Below the pieces are notes generated by a model. That model worked only from the letters and a program-made list of their open reading frames with translations, was not told where the DNA came from and ran no database searches. Of a DNA stretch of 64,000 nt, positions 12,082-24,562 are shown piece after piece. Source of the DNA: Malacoraja senta (Eukaryota); NCBI GenBank assembly GCA_038087875.1, contig CM075987.1:24988001-25052000 (forward strand), written 5' to 3'. Positions within the stretch are counted from its first letter, which is position 1. Each line of letters starts with the position of its first letter. Made by a program: the position numbers and the translations under genes.

Positions 12082-12560
12082 TAGACACAAAATGCTGGAG
12101 TAACTCAGCGAAACAGGCAGCATCTCTGGAGAGAAGGAATGGGTGGTGTTTCGGGTCAAGACACTTCTTCAGACGGGTTAGAGATAAGGGAAACGAGAGA
12201 TATTGACGGTGATGTGGAGAGATAAAGAACAATGAATGAAAGAATATGCAAAAAAGTAAAGATGATAAAGGAAACAGGACATTGTTAGCTGTTTGTCGGG
12301 TGAAAACGAGAAACTTCAGTGGGAGAGGGATAGAGAGAGAGGGAATGCAGGGGCTACCTGAAGTTAGAGAAATCAATGTTCATACCACTGGGCTGTAAGC
12401 TGCCCAAGTGAAATATGAGATGCTGTTCCTCCAATTTGCCTCACTCTGACAACGGAGAAGACCGAGGACGGAAAGGTCTGTGTGGTAATGGGAAGGAGAA
12501 TTAAAGTGTTTAGCAACTGAGAGATCAGGTAGGTTCAGGTGGACTGAGCGAAGGTGTTGA
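12082..12560 (-). mobile_element. Penelope-like element 3' fragment: GIY-YIG end, 3' UTR and terminal repeat with degenerate hammerhead core
   Basis: HLRSVHLNLPDLSVAKHFNSPSH...DLSVLGLL, then CT-rich UTR, then ctgaagaagtgtcttgacccgaaacacc and the common end ctccagcattttgtgtcta. Physically links the short repeats to a Penelope ORF. Confidence 0.85.
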
Positions 12561-13989
12561 CTGGTTAGCATGCCACAAAAGTTTTTCACCGTACCTCAGT
12601 ACATGTGACAATAAACTGAGCTGAACTGAATGAAAAAAAAGATTTAAACAGTGCGCATTCTTCCAAATCACAAGATGGCAACAAAGCCAAATTTAAAACA
12701 TGTGATTCCGCAATGTCACAGACCTTGCAGAAGAGACTCGGTATTTTACGGCTACACGCAGTCATTGATGTGTGTTTGTTGGCATCCAGAATAAACCAGC
12801 AATTAGTCTTGATAAACGAAACAATAAATATGTCAGAAAACAAGTAAGGTTATGCATGGCTACTGGTGTGCTGAGGATTTGTTAAACTGAAATATTACTG
12901 CCAGATGTACACCAATTGTGTCCACAGAACAAACTTGCCAAATGGATAATGTAAACACTGTTTCATCTCCATCAAATACAGAGCTGAAGTTTACGTCACT
13001 TGAGTTACTGTCTGTTCTGCATTTATGTCTGCAATATTCATGATTTAATATCTTCCATCTGGATGTTCCAGATGTGCATTCATGATAGTGATTCTCTTTT
13101 TTTACATGGCCGTTTTCTCATGGGCTTCTTCTGAAATGACTTCATATTTGACGGGACAGATCTGCTGGATCCTCGCAGGGCAAGCAAGCATTGGTTAAAG
13201 ATGCACCTGTGGAAATCTGCAATCTTCCCAACCAGACTCTGACCGAGGATGGAACAGGGTGATACGTGGGCGGATGGAAATAGAGATTTAAAAAAATATT
13301 CCCCCGAATACTTTGCAGGACGGCACGGCGGCAGAGTTGCTGCCGATTCGATGCCGACTACGGGTGCTGTCTGTACGGAGTTTGTACGTTCTCCCTGTGA
13401 CCTGCGTGGGTTTTCTCCGAGATCTTCGGTTCCCTCCCACACTCCAAAGACGTACAGGTTTGTAGGTTAATTGGCTCGGTGTAAATGTAAAGTGTGTGGA
13501 GATTAGTGTTAATATGCGGGTCGGCGGTGAATTAACCACCCAATTTGTGCCACCCATGCAGTAGAATTTCGGAACTGATTTTTAAATAGTCTCTCAGTTG
13601 GAACACTAGCATTGGATAGTCCGACATCCATTTCAGGCAAAGAGAAGATTGAGCCAATGCAACATCGTCAGATGAGGACAATATTCCTGTCATCAACATT
13701 CCTGGCCTCTTCCTGCCATCCCACCTGGACCCAACATCAAAATTCATTCATTACATTTGGCTGAGATCGTTGGATTCTATCACGATACAGTCCTACAATG
13801 GCGCAGCGGTAGAGTTGCTGCCTCACAGCGCCAGAGACCCAGGTTTGATCCAGACTATAGGTGCTGCCTGTACGGAATTTTTACGTTCTCCCCCTACATA
13901 TAGATACATAGAAAATAGGTGCAGGAGTAGGCCATTCGGCCCTTCGAGCCTGCACCGCCATTCAATATGATCATGGCTGATCATCCAAC

Positions 13990-16900
13990 TCAGTATCCCG
14001 TACCTGCCTTCTCTCCATACCCCCTGATCCCTTGAGCCACAAGGGCCACATCTAACTCCCTCTTAAATATAGCCAATGAACTGGCCTCAACTACCCTCTG
14101 TGGCAGAGAGTTCCAGAGATTCACCACTCTCTGTGTGAAAAAGTTTTTCCTCATCTCGGTCTTAAAGGATTTCCCCCTTATCCTTAAGCTGTGACCCCTT
14201 GTCCTGGACTTCCCCAACATCGGGAACAATCTTCCTGCATCTAGCCTGTCCAACCCCATAAGAATTTTGTACGTTTCTATAAGATCCCCTCTCAATCTCC
14301 TAAATTCTAGCGAGTATAAGCCAAGTCTATCCAGTCTTTCTTCATATGAAAGTCCTGACATCCCAGGAATCAGTCTGGTGAACCTTCTCTGCACTCCCTC
14401 TATGGCTATAATGTCCTTCCTCAGATTTGGAGACCAAAACTGTACGCAATACTCCAGGTGTGGTCTCACCAAGACCCTGTACAACTGCAGTAGAACCTCC
14501 CTGCTCCTATACTCAAATCCTCTTGCTATGAAGGCCAACATACCATTCGCTTTCTTCACTGCCTGCTGCACCTGCATGCCTACTTTCAATGACTGGTGTA
14601 CCATGACACCCAGGTCTCGCTGCACCTCCCCATTTCCTAATCGGCCACCATTTAGATAATAGTCTGCCTTCCCGTTTTTGCCACCAAAGTGGATAACCTC
14701 ACATTTATCCACATTATACTGCATCTGCCAAACATTTGCCCACTCACCCAGCCTATCCAAGTCACCTTGCAGCCTCCTAGCATCCTCCTCTCAGCTAACA
14801 CTGCCCCCCAGCTTAGTGTCATCCGCAAACTTGGAGATGTTGCTTTCAATTCCCTCGTCCAGATCATTAATATAAATTGTAAATAGCTGGGGTCCCAGCA
14901 CTGAGCCTTGCGGTACCCCACTAGTCACTGCCTGCCATTGTGAAAAGGACCCGTTTACTCCTACTCTTTGCTTCCTGTTTGCCAGCCAGTTCTCTATCCA
15001 CATCAATACTGAACCCCCAATACCGTGTGATTTAAGTTTGTATCCTAATCTCTTATGTGGGACCTTGTCGAAAGCCTTCTGAAAGTCCAGATACAACACA
15101 TCCACTGGTTCTCCCCTATCCACTCTACTAGTTACATCCTCGAAAAATTCTATAAGATTCGTCAGACACGATTTACCTTTCGTAAATCCATGCTGACTTT
15201 GTCCAATGATTTCACCACTTTCCAAATGTGCTGCTATCCCATCTTTAATAACTGACTCTAGCAGTTTCCCCACTACCGATGTTAGACTAACTGGTCTGTA
15301 ATTCCCCGTTTTCTCTCTCCCTCCCTTCTTAAAAAGTGGGGTTACGTTTGCTACCCTCCAATCCTCAGGAACTACTCCAGAATCTAAAGAATTTTGAAAA
15401 ATTATCACTAATGCATCCACTATTTCTGGAGCTACTTCCTTAAGTACTCTGGGATGCAGCCTATCTGGCCCTGGTGATTTATCGGCCTTTAATCCATTCA
15501 ATTTACCCAACACCACTTCCCGACTAACCTGGATTTCACTCAGTTCCTCCATCTCCTTTGACCCGCGGCCCCCTGCTATTTCCGGCAGATTATTTATGTC
15601 TTCCTTAGTGAAGACGGAACCAAAGTAGTTATTCAATTGGTCCGCCATATCCTTGTTCCCCATGATCAATTCACCTGTTTCTGACTGCAAGGGACCTACA
15701 TTTGTTTTAGCTAATCTCTTTCTCTTCACATATCTATAAAAACTTTTGCAGTCAGTTTTTATGTTCCCTGCCAGTTTCCTTTCATAATCTATTTTCCCTT
15801 TCCTAATTAAGCCCTTTGTCCTCCTCTGCTGGTCTCTGAATTTCTCCCAGTCCTCTTGTATGCTGCTTTTTCTGGCTAATTTGTACGCAACATCTTTTGC
15901 TTTGATACTATCCCTGATTTCCCTTGTTATCCACGGATGCACTACCTTCCCTGATTTATTCTTTTGCCAAACTGGGATGAACATTTTTTGTAGTTCATCC
16001 ATGCAGTCTTTAAATACCTTCCATTGCATATCCATCGTCAACCCTTTTAGAACTAATTGCCAGTCAATCTTGGCCAATTCACGTCTCATACCCTCAAAGT
16101 TACCTTTCTTTAAGTTCAGAACCGTTGTTTCTGAATTAACAATGTCACTCTCCATCCTAATGAAGAACTCAACCATATTATGGTCACTCTTGCCCAAGGG
16201 GGCACGCACAACAAGTCTGCTAACTAACCCTTCCTCATTACGCAATACCCAGTCTAGAATAGCCTGCTCTCTCGTTGGTTCCTCTACATGTTGGTTTAGA
16301 TAACTATCCCTCATACATTCCAAGAAATCCTCTTCCTCAGCACCCCTGCCAATTTGATTCACCCAATCTATATGTAGATTGAAGTCACCCATTATAACTG
16401 TTTTGCCTTTGTTGCACGCATTTCTAATTTCCTGTTTGATGCCATCCCCAACTTCACTACTACTGCTAGGTGGCCTGTACACAACACCCACCAGCGTTTT
16501 CTGCCCCTTAGTGTTTCGTAGCTCTACCCATACCGATTCCACATCCTCCAAGCTAATGTCCTTCCTTTCCACTGCGTTAATCTCCTCTCTAACCAGCAAC
16601 GCTACCCCACCTCCTTTTCCTTTCTCTCTATCCCTCCTGAATATTGAATATCCCTGGATGTTCAGCTCCCAGCCTTGGTCACCCTGGAGCCATGTCTCCG
16701 TGATCCCAACTATATCATAATCATTAATTGCTATCTGCACGTTCAACTCATCGACCTTATTACGAATGCTCCTTGCATTGAGACACAAAGCCTTCAGGCT
16801 TGTTTTTACAACGCTCTTACCCCTTATACAATTATGTTGGAAAGTGGCTCTTTTTGATTTTTGCCCTGGATTTGTCTGCCTGCCACTTTTACTTTTCACC

Positions 16901-17115
16901 TTGCTACCTATTGCTTCCGCCCGCATTTTGCACCCCTCTGTTTCTCTGCTCACCCATTTAAGAACCCCACCACCTCTTATTCTCTGTTTATTATTGTTTT
17001 CTTCTTTCCCCCCTACATGTTGGGTCTGAGTGCTTTCCTTCTCTGCCTCCTGCCTCACACACTGTCTAATAGCATTCTCTATTTGAGTCCCTCCCCCCAA
17101 CCATTCTAGTTTAAA
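13990..17115 (-). pseudogene. CR1 ORF2: APE endonuclease + reverse transcriptase, one premature stop
   Basis: Motifs LNARS, GITETW, MGDFN, SDH (endonuclease); [19 protein letters not shown] (RT); RPHLEYC and RTRGHS (C-terminus). ORFs 14791-17334 and 13990-14760 are in the same frame, separated only by TGA at 14791-14793 (GSVS*EEDARRL). Confidence 0.93.
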
Positions 17116-17272
17116 GTCTCCCCAGTAGCCTTTGCAGATCTCCCCGCCAGGATATCGGTCCCCCTCAGGTTCAAGTGCAACCCATCCTTTTTGTACAGGT
17201 CGAACCTTCCACAAAAGAGGTCCCAATGATCCAGAAATTTGAATCCCTGCCTTCTGCACCAGTCCTTCAGCC
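17106..17272 (-). CDS. CR1 ORF1 C-terminal fragment (SGNH esterase-like)
   Basis: [35 protein letters not shown]...ETLN*, with the DxxH (DGLH) motif typical of CR1 ORF1 esterase domains. Confidence 0.85.
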
Positions 17273-17892
17273 ACGTTCTCCCCGTGACCTGCGTGGGTTT
17301 TCTCCGGGTGCTCCGGTTTCCTCCCACACTCCAAAGACGTACAGGTTTGTAGCTTAATTGGCTCAATATAATTGTAAATTGTCCCTGGTGTGCAGGGCAG
17401 TGTTAGTGTGCAGCGTAGTGCAATTGTCCCTCGTGCGATAATGCTAATGTGCGGGTGATTGCTAGTCGGCGCAGACTCGGTGGGCCGAAGGGCCTGTTTC
17501 CACGCTGTATCTGAGCATTAAACCAAACTATCTCATGAATGGAGGGGACAGGTAAAAATCTTCGTGATGATAAATGAAACTGTGTCTTTCCTTTTATCAT
17601 ATCAGGCAAAGCAAGCTATTCTGTAGCTGACTCATTTATAATATACTTTTGATCCCCATTTCTCTCGGGAAGCCTCAGGATATGCAGCATTGATACATAG
17701 CCTCCTGCAGCAATTACATTTAATGTTTGCACATTAAAATACATTTCTAAGGTTGAACAAAATGTAGTAACTTCAAACTTAATTCTGTTCACCGAGGACA
17801 TTGCTTCCACCTCCTTGGATCAAATTAAATGCATTGATGTTATTGTTGAGCCAGTAGACAGGGCAATAGGTGGGAAGTGCCTGATCTTAGTG

Positions 17893-18197
17893 TTTAGTTT
17901 AGAGATACAGCGCGGAAACAGGCCCTTCAGCCCACCGAGTCCGCACAGACTAGCGATTCCCGCACACTAACACTACCCGACACACACCAGGGACAATTTA
18001 CAATTTTACCGAAGCCAATTAACCTACAAACCTGTTCCGCCTTTGGAGTGTGGGAGGAAACCGGAGAACCCGGAGAAAACCCACGCAGGTCACGGGGAGA
18101 ACGTACAAAATCCGTACACACAGCACCTGTAGTCAGGATTGAACCTGGATCTCTGGAGCTGTGAGGCAGCAACTCTACCACTGTGCCACCGTGCCAC
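17893..18197 (-). mobile_element. V-SINE
   Basis: Same consensus, full length. Confidence 0.9.
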
Positions 18198-18245
18198 CCA
18201 AGTTGATGTAATTTGTTGTCAGGAAGCAATCACTGGCCTTGTTAA

Positions 18246-18556
18246 TGGGGCTGTCCCACTGTACGAGCTAATTCAAGAGTTCTCCCGAGTTTCCCCTGAT
18301 TCGAACTCGGAGATTTACGGTAATAGCCGCTCGTAGGTACTCGGGGCTCTCGTGGACATTTTTCAACATGTTGAAAAATCATCACGAGTCTTCCCGAGCT
18401 TACCGCGTTTCCCGAGTACCTGCCGTTAGCGTTACGAGCCGCTAAGAGACGTCCCCGAGCTCCGACGTACCCGCTACGTACATTCTACCACGGGTTTCTT
18501 TTTTTTTTTAAACTCGGGAGAGCTCTTGAATTACCTCGTACAGTGGGACAGGCCCT
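18246..18556. mobile_element. Harbinger-type MITE, second copy
   Basis: Same body and TIRs as 9362-9670; TSD degenerate. Confidence 0.8.
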
Positions 18557-18744
18557 TTGGTGTTTGGATGATAAACTCCTTCTGAATACAAGTACTGCAA
18601 ACAGTGTCTCCACAACACCTTCCCAATTAAATAGAAAGATAAGCAACTCAACAGCAGTGGCCCCAGACAAAGCCAACATCTCCACCACAGAGCATCAGGT
18701 CATTCTCATCCCACACTCCCAAAACGCTCCGCTATTCACTGGAA

Positions 18745-19148
18745 TTTCGAAGGATGAGAGGGAATCTTACAGAAACCGATAACATTCTTAAGGAATTGGT
18801 CAGGCTAGATGCAGGAAAAATGTTCCTGGTGTTGAGGGAATTTAGAACTAGGGGTCACATTTTAAGAATAAGGGCTAGGCCATTTAGAACTGAGATGAGG
18901 AAAAACTTTTCACAGAGAGAGTTGTGAATCCTTGGAATTCTCTGCCACAGAAGACAGTGGAGGCCAATTCACTGGATGTTTTCAAGAGAGAGTTAGATAT
19001 AGCTTTTAGGACTAGCGAATCAAGGGATATGGGAAGAAAGAAGGAACAGGGTACTGATTTTGGATGATCAGCCATGATCATATTGAACGGCAGTGCTGGC
19101 TCGAAGGGCCGATTGGCCTACTCCTGCACCTATTTTCTATGTTTCTAT
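18745..19148 (+). mobile_element. CR1 3' fragment
   Basis: CR1 ORF2 end and 3' UTR with ttctatgt tail. Confidence 0.85.
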
Positions 19149-21602
19149 GAGATGCAACCAAGCAGACTGAGAAGATTCCAGAAAGTGAACCAGAAAGTGA
19201 TTATAATCCAAGATGGTGACCAAGCCCAGCGATTGTCTGCACATGTAGGAAGGAACTGCTGGTTTACACTGAAGATAGACACAGAATGCCGGAGTAAATC
19301 AGCGATTCTCTGCGTGCTGGTCCCAGAACCGGATCTGCAATCTCTCATTTCTTTCGCTCCGCTCCGTTAAACCTCGTCTCCAACGGCAGCATTTCTTACA
19401 GGACTTGATCTAGCATTTAACGCTATTCACATTCCACTGTATCTGTACACTGTGGACGGTCGGATTGTAATCACAAATAGCATTTCCATTAACTAGAAAG
19501 CACCAAACAAAAAAGCTTTTCACTGTACCTCGGTAGAAAAACCACACTGTTGCTGGGAGAACGTGCAAACTCCACGCAGGCAGCACAAAAGGGTGGGGCC
19601 ATACCCTGCCAGGGGGAGGTGGTGGGGCAAAGATCCATGAGCTGTGCCTCACCAGGAACTGCTTGGCCTATTTCCTTCACTCCCTAGATGCTGCCTCACC
19701 TGCTGAGTTTCTCCAGCATTTTTGTCTACCTTTGATTTTCCAGCATCTGCAGTTCCTTCTTAACCATTCTGCTGGTCAGTTGGGCAGTAATCTACAACGC
19801 CAAGCTTATGCAAAATGGCTCCTCTCATCAAAGAATTGAAAGTCTGTAGGCTGAAGTCAGATGCAGAGAAGAGCACTCCGCCAATGAGCCAATTGATAAC
19901 CGAAAAGAGACTTCTATCAAGAAAATTCAGGACTCAACAGTTTACTTCAAGACAATTATCCTTCATCTCTAACCTGCACAGGTCTCTGTCTCCGCTACAA
20001 TCTCCCACAATCTTTTCATTTGAGACCTACGACAGAATCTTGGAGCCTACCCAAAAGGTACAGAAGTGGGAAAACGCACACCTCCAGAAGGGTTTCGGCC
20101 CGAAACGTTGCCTATTTCCTTCGCTCCATAGATGCTGCCGCACCCGCTGAGTTTCTCCAGCAATTTTGTCTACCTCCAGATTCAGGAACGGTTTCTTCCC
20201 ATCTGTTAACAGGCAAGCGAACCATCCTATCCAAACCGGAGAATACCCCTGACCTACTATCTACCTCTTTGGTGACCCTCGGACTATCCTTGATCGGACT
20301 ATGCTGGATTCCCTTATCATGTATCTGTACACTGTAAATGGCTCAATTGTAATCATGTATTGTCTTTCCACTGGCTGGTTAGCGCACAACAAAAGCTTTT
20401 CACTGTACCTCGGTACAAGTGACAATAAACTAAACTGTAAACTGTAACTCAACATGACAATAAATTTAACAATACAGAGTGGCAAGCTGTTTAAAACATA
20501 CTTAACCCAGCTTTGAAAACATTTGGAGCATCTGCATAAATATTAAGTTTGTCATGATTCTGCTTATTATGGTAAAAGTTGTAAAAAACGCGTGGGTTTT
20601 CTCCGAGATCTTCGGTTTCCTCCCACACTCCAAAGACGTACAGGTTTGTAGGTTCACAAAAATGCTGGAGAAACTCAGCGGGTGCAGCAGCATCTATGGA
20701 GCGAAGGAAATAGGCAACGTTTCGGGCCAAAACCCTTCTTCATTTCATTTGAGACCTACGACAGAATCTTGGAGTCTACCCAAAAGGTACAGAAGTGGGA
20801 AAACGCACACCTCCAGAAGGGTTTCGGCCCGAAACGTTGCCTATTTCCTTCGCTCCATAGATGCTGCCGCACCCGCTGAGTTTCTCCAGCAATTTTGTCT
20901 ACCTCCAGATTCAGGAACGGTTTGTAGGTTAATTGGCTTGAGTTTGTATACTTGATGTAAGTGCAAATCGTCCCTAGTGTGTGTAGGCTTGGGTTAATGT
21001 GCTGGGATCGCTGGTCAGCACGGACTCGGTGAGCCGAAGGGCCTGTTTCCACGCTGTATCTCTAAACTAAACTAAACTGAACTAAACTGTTAAAAACGCT
21101 CAGATCTGTGCCTTTTTAATCACCTTCCACTGGGGTCAAGGAAAGAGCGTTCACGTCGCGGCCCTGTCTCCACCAATCTTTCCACCACCACACACAAGAA
21201 GCACAAGAAGTGACAAGACAGACACCATTGCGTGCAGATGCCGAGAAGTGTGTTCAGCTCTGGCTGAACAACTTCTAATCTTGTGTGTGGACTCGATAAG
21301 AAGATCACCTTCCACAAATTACTGTGCATTTGATGGAAATGACAGGACAATTCTGGAATTCACTAATGTCAAATTGTTATAATTTAAAGGTCAGTTACTG
21401 CCAGCAGGTTCATATTCCACACCGAGCTTAGATCACAGATTCGTACTCTCAATTCATTTCATAGCAGGCAGTTGCCAAAGGCACACGTCTGAGATGAGGA
21501 ATTGCTGGTTTCTTATTCCTGTTAAAACAAACCAAAACCCTCAAATTTGTCTGTCACTCTCGTTTCCGAACATGAGACCACATCAGACACAGTAAACATT
21601 AC

Positions 21603-21704
21603 CTTTGCTCCTTTTCCTCCCCCTGTGCTCAGAGTAGAAGGTGAGGTGGGTTTCATCGTCCGCTTCTGTGCCAGAGTCCTCTTCCGCTCTGAGAATACCA
21701 CTCC
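21603..21704 (-). CDS. ASTN2: Astrotactin (ASTN2-like) internal coding exon, cytoplasmic loop
   Basis: Acceptor ttgttttcactcaccag|, donor AAG|gtaatg, 102 nt, phase 1-1. Translates (G)SGILRAEEDSGTEADDETHLTFYSEHRGRKRSK(G), matching the recalled ASTN2 motif SGSEADDETQLTFYTEQYRSRRRSKG. The recalled ASTN1 motif is DSGTEAENDPQLTFY. This frame is not shown in the ORF track. Confidence 0.85.
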
Positions 21705-21921
21705 CTGGTGAGTGAAAACAAAGCCGCCTTTAATTGAGATGGACAAGAACGTCCTCCTTTGATCTTAAGACGAGAGAGCCCGCAGGGGGTCGAGTCCCAT
21801 CGCGCCAACACCTAGACTAACGCTGGAAGTAACGCACCTCGGGTAGATGGGGTGTTGCGCACAGGGTCCGTGATTGCCAATAGAGAAGATGCCCCAGATA
21901 GCCTGACTGTGCATCGAGGGC

Positions 21922-22208
21922 GGCCGGGTGGCGCGGTGGTAGAGGTTGCTGCCTTACAGCACCAGAGACCCGGGTTCGATCCTGACTACGGGCGCTGTCT
22001 GTGCGGAGTTGTACCTTCTCCCTGCTTTGTCCAGGCACTCCGGTCTCGTCCCACATTCCAAAGACGTGCAGGTGTGTAGGTCAATTGGCTTCTGTAAATT
22101 GTCCTCGTGCTTTGGATGCCAAATTGGGATAATATAGAGTATGGGTGATTGTGGATGGCGAGGGCCAAAGGGCCTGTTTTCCATGCTGTATCTCTAAACT
22201 AAACTAAG
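21922..22208 (+). mobile_element. V-SINE
   Basis: Same consensus, diverged. Confidence 0.85.
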
Positions 22209-22550
22209 TGGTATCGTAGTTCTGCAATAGGTCCCTGTGCCTACAATATCCTCTTGAACTCTGCACCTCCTACGATGTCAAGATTCAAATTCTCTTGGTA
22301 TACCAGAGTTCATATGTTCATAAATGACAGGAGCAGGAATTAGGCCTTCGGCCCATCAAGTCTACTCCGCCATTCAGTCTTGGCCAATCTATCTTTCCTC
22401 TCAACCCCATTCTCCTGCCTTCTCCCCATAACCCTGACACCCGTACTAATCAAAATCTATCTATCTCTGCTTAAAGTTATCCATTGACTTGGCACTAGAT
22501 GCTGCAGTAACTCAGCCGGGACAGGCAGCACCTCTTGAGAGAAGGGAATG

Positions 22551-22585
22551 GGTGACGTTTCGGGGTCGAGACCCTTCTTCAGACT
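22551..22585 (-). ncRNA. Minimal type I hammerhead-ribozyme-like motif in a Penelope terminal repeat
   Basis: Minus strand CUGAAGA-A-GGGUC UC GACCC(C)-GAAAC-GUC: CUGANGA and GAAA boxes, stem II, palindromic ACGU mini stem III and GUC cleavage triplet. Confidence 0.65.
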
Positions 22586-22974
22586 GAGAGTCATGGAGAG
22601 GGAGACTAGAATATGGAAGGGTGTGGTGTGAAAAAGAGAGATTCAAACGGGATGAGATCAAGGTCTATCTTTTTGGTGCAACATATTGCGTCTATTTCCA
22701 TTGTTGGAGCCATCAAATGCCCAAAAATATATTATAACAGGGTGGAGGAGCTCAGAGATCGCGGACACTTACCTGAATTGTTACAAAGTTGAGAACATCT
22801 TATAGAAAAGTTGCATTTGGTTTATTTTAACATTAGAAGAGTGGATGGAATCGCTTTCATTTGGAATGAAAAATTAAGGAAGCTTTAATTTGAATGTTTA
22901 GTTTAGTTTAGTTCGAGATACTGGTGGTGGCCCATCGTAGCCAGAGCATAGAGAGATACAGAGATCTCTGATTT

Positions 22975-23237
22975 AGAGATACAGCGTGGAAACAGGCTCT
23001 TCGGCCCACCGAGGCCAGGCTGACCAGCGATCACCCACACACTATTTCTATCCTACACACCAGGGACAATTAACAGAATGTGATTAACCGACAAACTTTC
23101 ACATCTTTGGAGTGTGGGAGGCAACCGGAGCACCTGGAGAGAACCCACACGGTCACAGGGAGAAGGTATAAACTCTGTACAGACAGCACCCGTAGCCAGG
23201 ATCAAAACGGGTTGAGATAGCAACTCTACCGCTGCGT
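22975..23237 (-). mobile_element. V-SINE
   Basis: Same consensus. Confidence 0.85.
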
Positions 23238-24097
23238 TCATTTTCACTTGCTCTTTGAGAAACCGAAATGGCCGCGTTGAGCAGTCCCTACCTCTTTTCC
23301 CACAATCCGCGGCGGAGTTGACAAGATGACGAAAGACAACTGACATTTCTACACAGTGTGTGCGAGAATGTCGGCGCCCGTTCTCATCCTGAGCAACTAC
23401 ATTGCAAAGCTGGAAACGTTCCAACTGTGCGCCGCAGTCAGAACACATTCTCGGCAAAGATGCAAACTGTTCCTGCTGTCTCATTATCTTGTCAAGCTTT
23501 GCAACAGTCAAAGCACACTCCCCAAGTGTCTTGCTGTACACACTGCAGGAGGAAGGAATATTCTCTCAGCTCACACAACAAAGACAGCGGTAACTTGATT
23601 TAACTGTCGGCCGGCCGAACAATGGGATCTTTCATCCTTCCACACAGAAGAAAGTGCAAGCACGGATAGTATGGAGGCAGACATTGAAATAACAGCACTT
23701 CTTCTGTGCTTTTAAATGTGTCTTTCAATTAAGTTAGCACTGACTTTTGAATCTGGCTCGTGATAAAATCAACCTTGGGAAAGCAAAAACATCACGAAGG
23801 TGAGGTTGGACATAAAATGCTGGAGTTAATGAACTTCACAGTCTCGACCCGAAACGTCGCCCATTCCTTCTCTCCGGGAAAGCTGCCTGAGTTACTCCGG
23901 CATTTTTGTGTCCATCTTCGGTGTAAACCAGCCTCTGCAGTTCCTTCCTACACATGAAGCAGATGTGTTTGTTAACCTTTGCTCTGACCGCTGGGTCATT
24001 TCTGCCGTGTGAGGTTGGGAAAAGCTGGAGCATGGGAACGTTTAATGCTTGAGGAAAGAAAGAAGCGAATGAAACCAACGCCATTAGAACATAGGAA

Positions 24098-24562
24098 CAA
24101 GGTTAATTCCCGGGATGGCGGGACTGTCATATGCTGAGAGAATGGAGCGGCTGGGCTTGTATACTCTGGAGTTTAGAAGGATGAGAGGGCATCTCATTGA
24201 AACATAAGATTGTTAAGGGCTTGGACACGTAGAGCAGGAAACATGTTCCCGATGTTGGGGAGTCCAGACCCAGGGCCCACAGTTTAAGAATAAGGAGTAA
24301 GCCAATTTAGAACGGAGACGAGGAAAACACTTTTTCTCACAGAGAATGGTGAGTCTGTGGAATTCTCTGCCTCAGAGGGCGGTGGAGGCAGGTTCTCTGG
24401 ATGCTTTCAAGAGAGAGCTAGATAGGCTCTTAAAAATAGCGGTCAGGGGATATGGGGAGAAGGCAGGAACGGGGTACTGATTGGGATGATCAGCCATGAT
24501 CACATTGAATGGCGGTGCTGGCTCGAAGGGCCAAATGGGCCTATCTTGCTATCTATTGTCTA
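24098..24562 (+). mobile_element. CR1 3' fragment
   Basis: CR1 ORF2 end with many single-base indels; another fragment at ~25040-25370. Confidence 0.85.

Larger units (their letters stand above)
13895..17272 (-). mobile_element. CR1-clade LINE (HER1-like), 5'-truncated within ORF1, inserted into a V-SINE
   Basis: Contains the ORF1 C-terminus, full ORF2 and a CR1 3' end with short microsatellite tail. Flanked by an 11-bp duplication acgttctcccc (13883-13893 and 17273-17283) that splits one V-SINE into two halves. Confidence 0.95.

Noticed and set aside
17273..17366. N-termini of the 847-aa and 86-aa ORFs
   Set aside because: They are read-through from the flanking V-SINE, not part of the LINE proteins.
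21522..21746. ORF-track translation MSISIKGG... over the astrotactin exon
   Set aside because: Wrong frame; the astrotactin match is in another minus frame bounded by splice sites.
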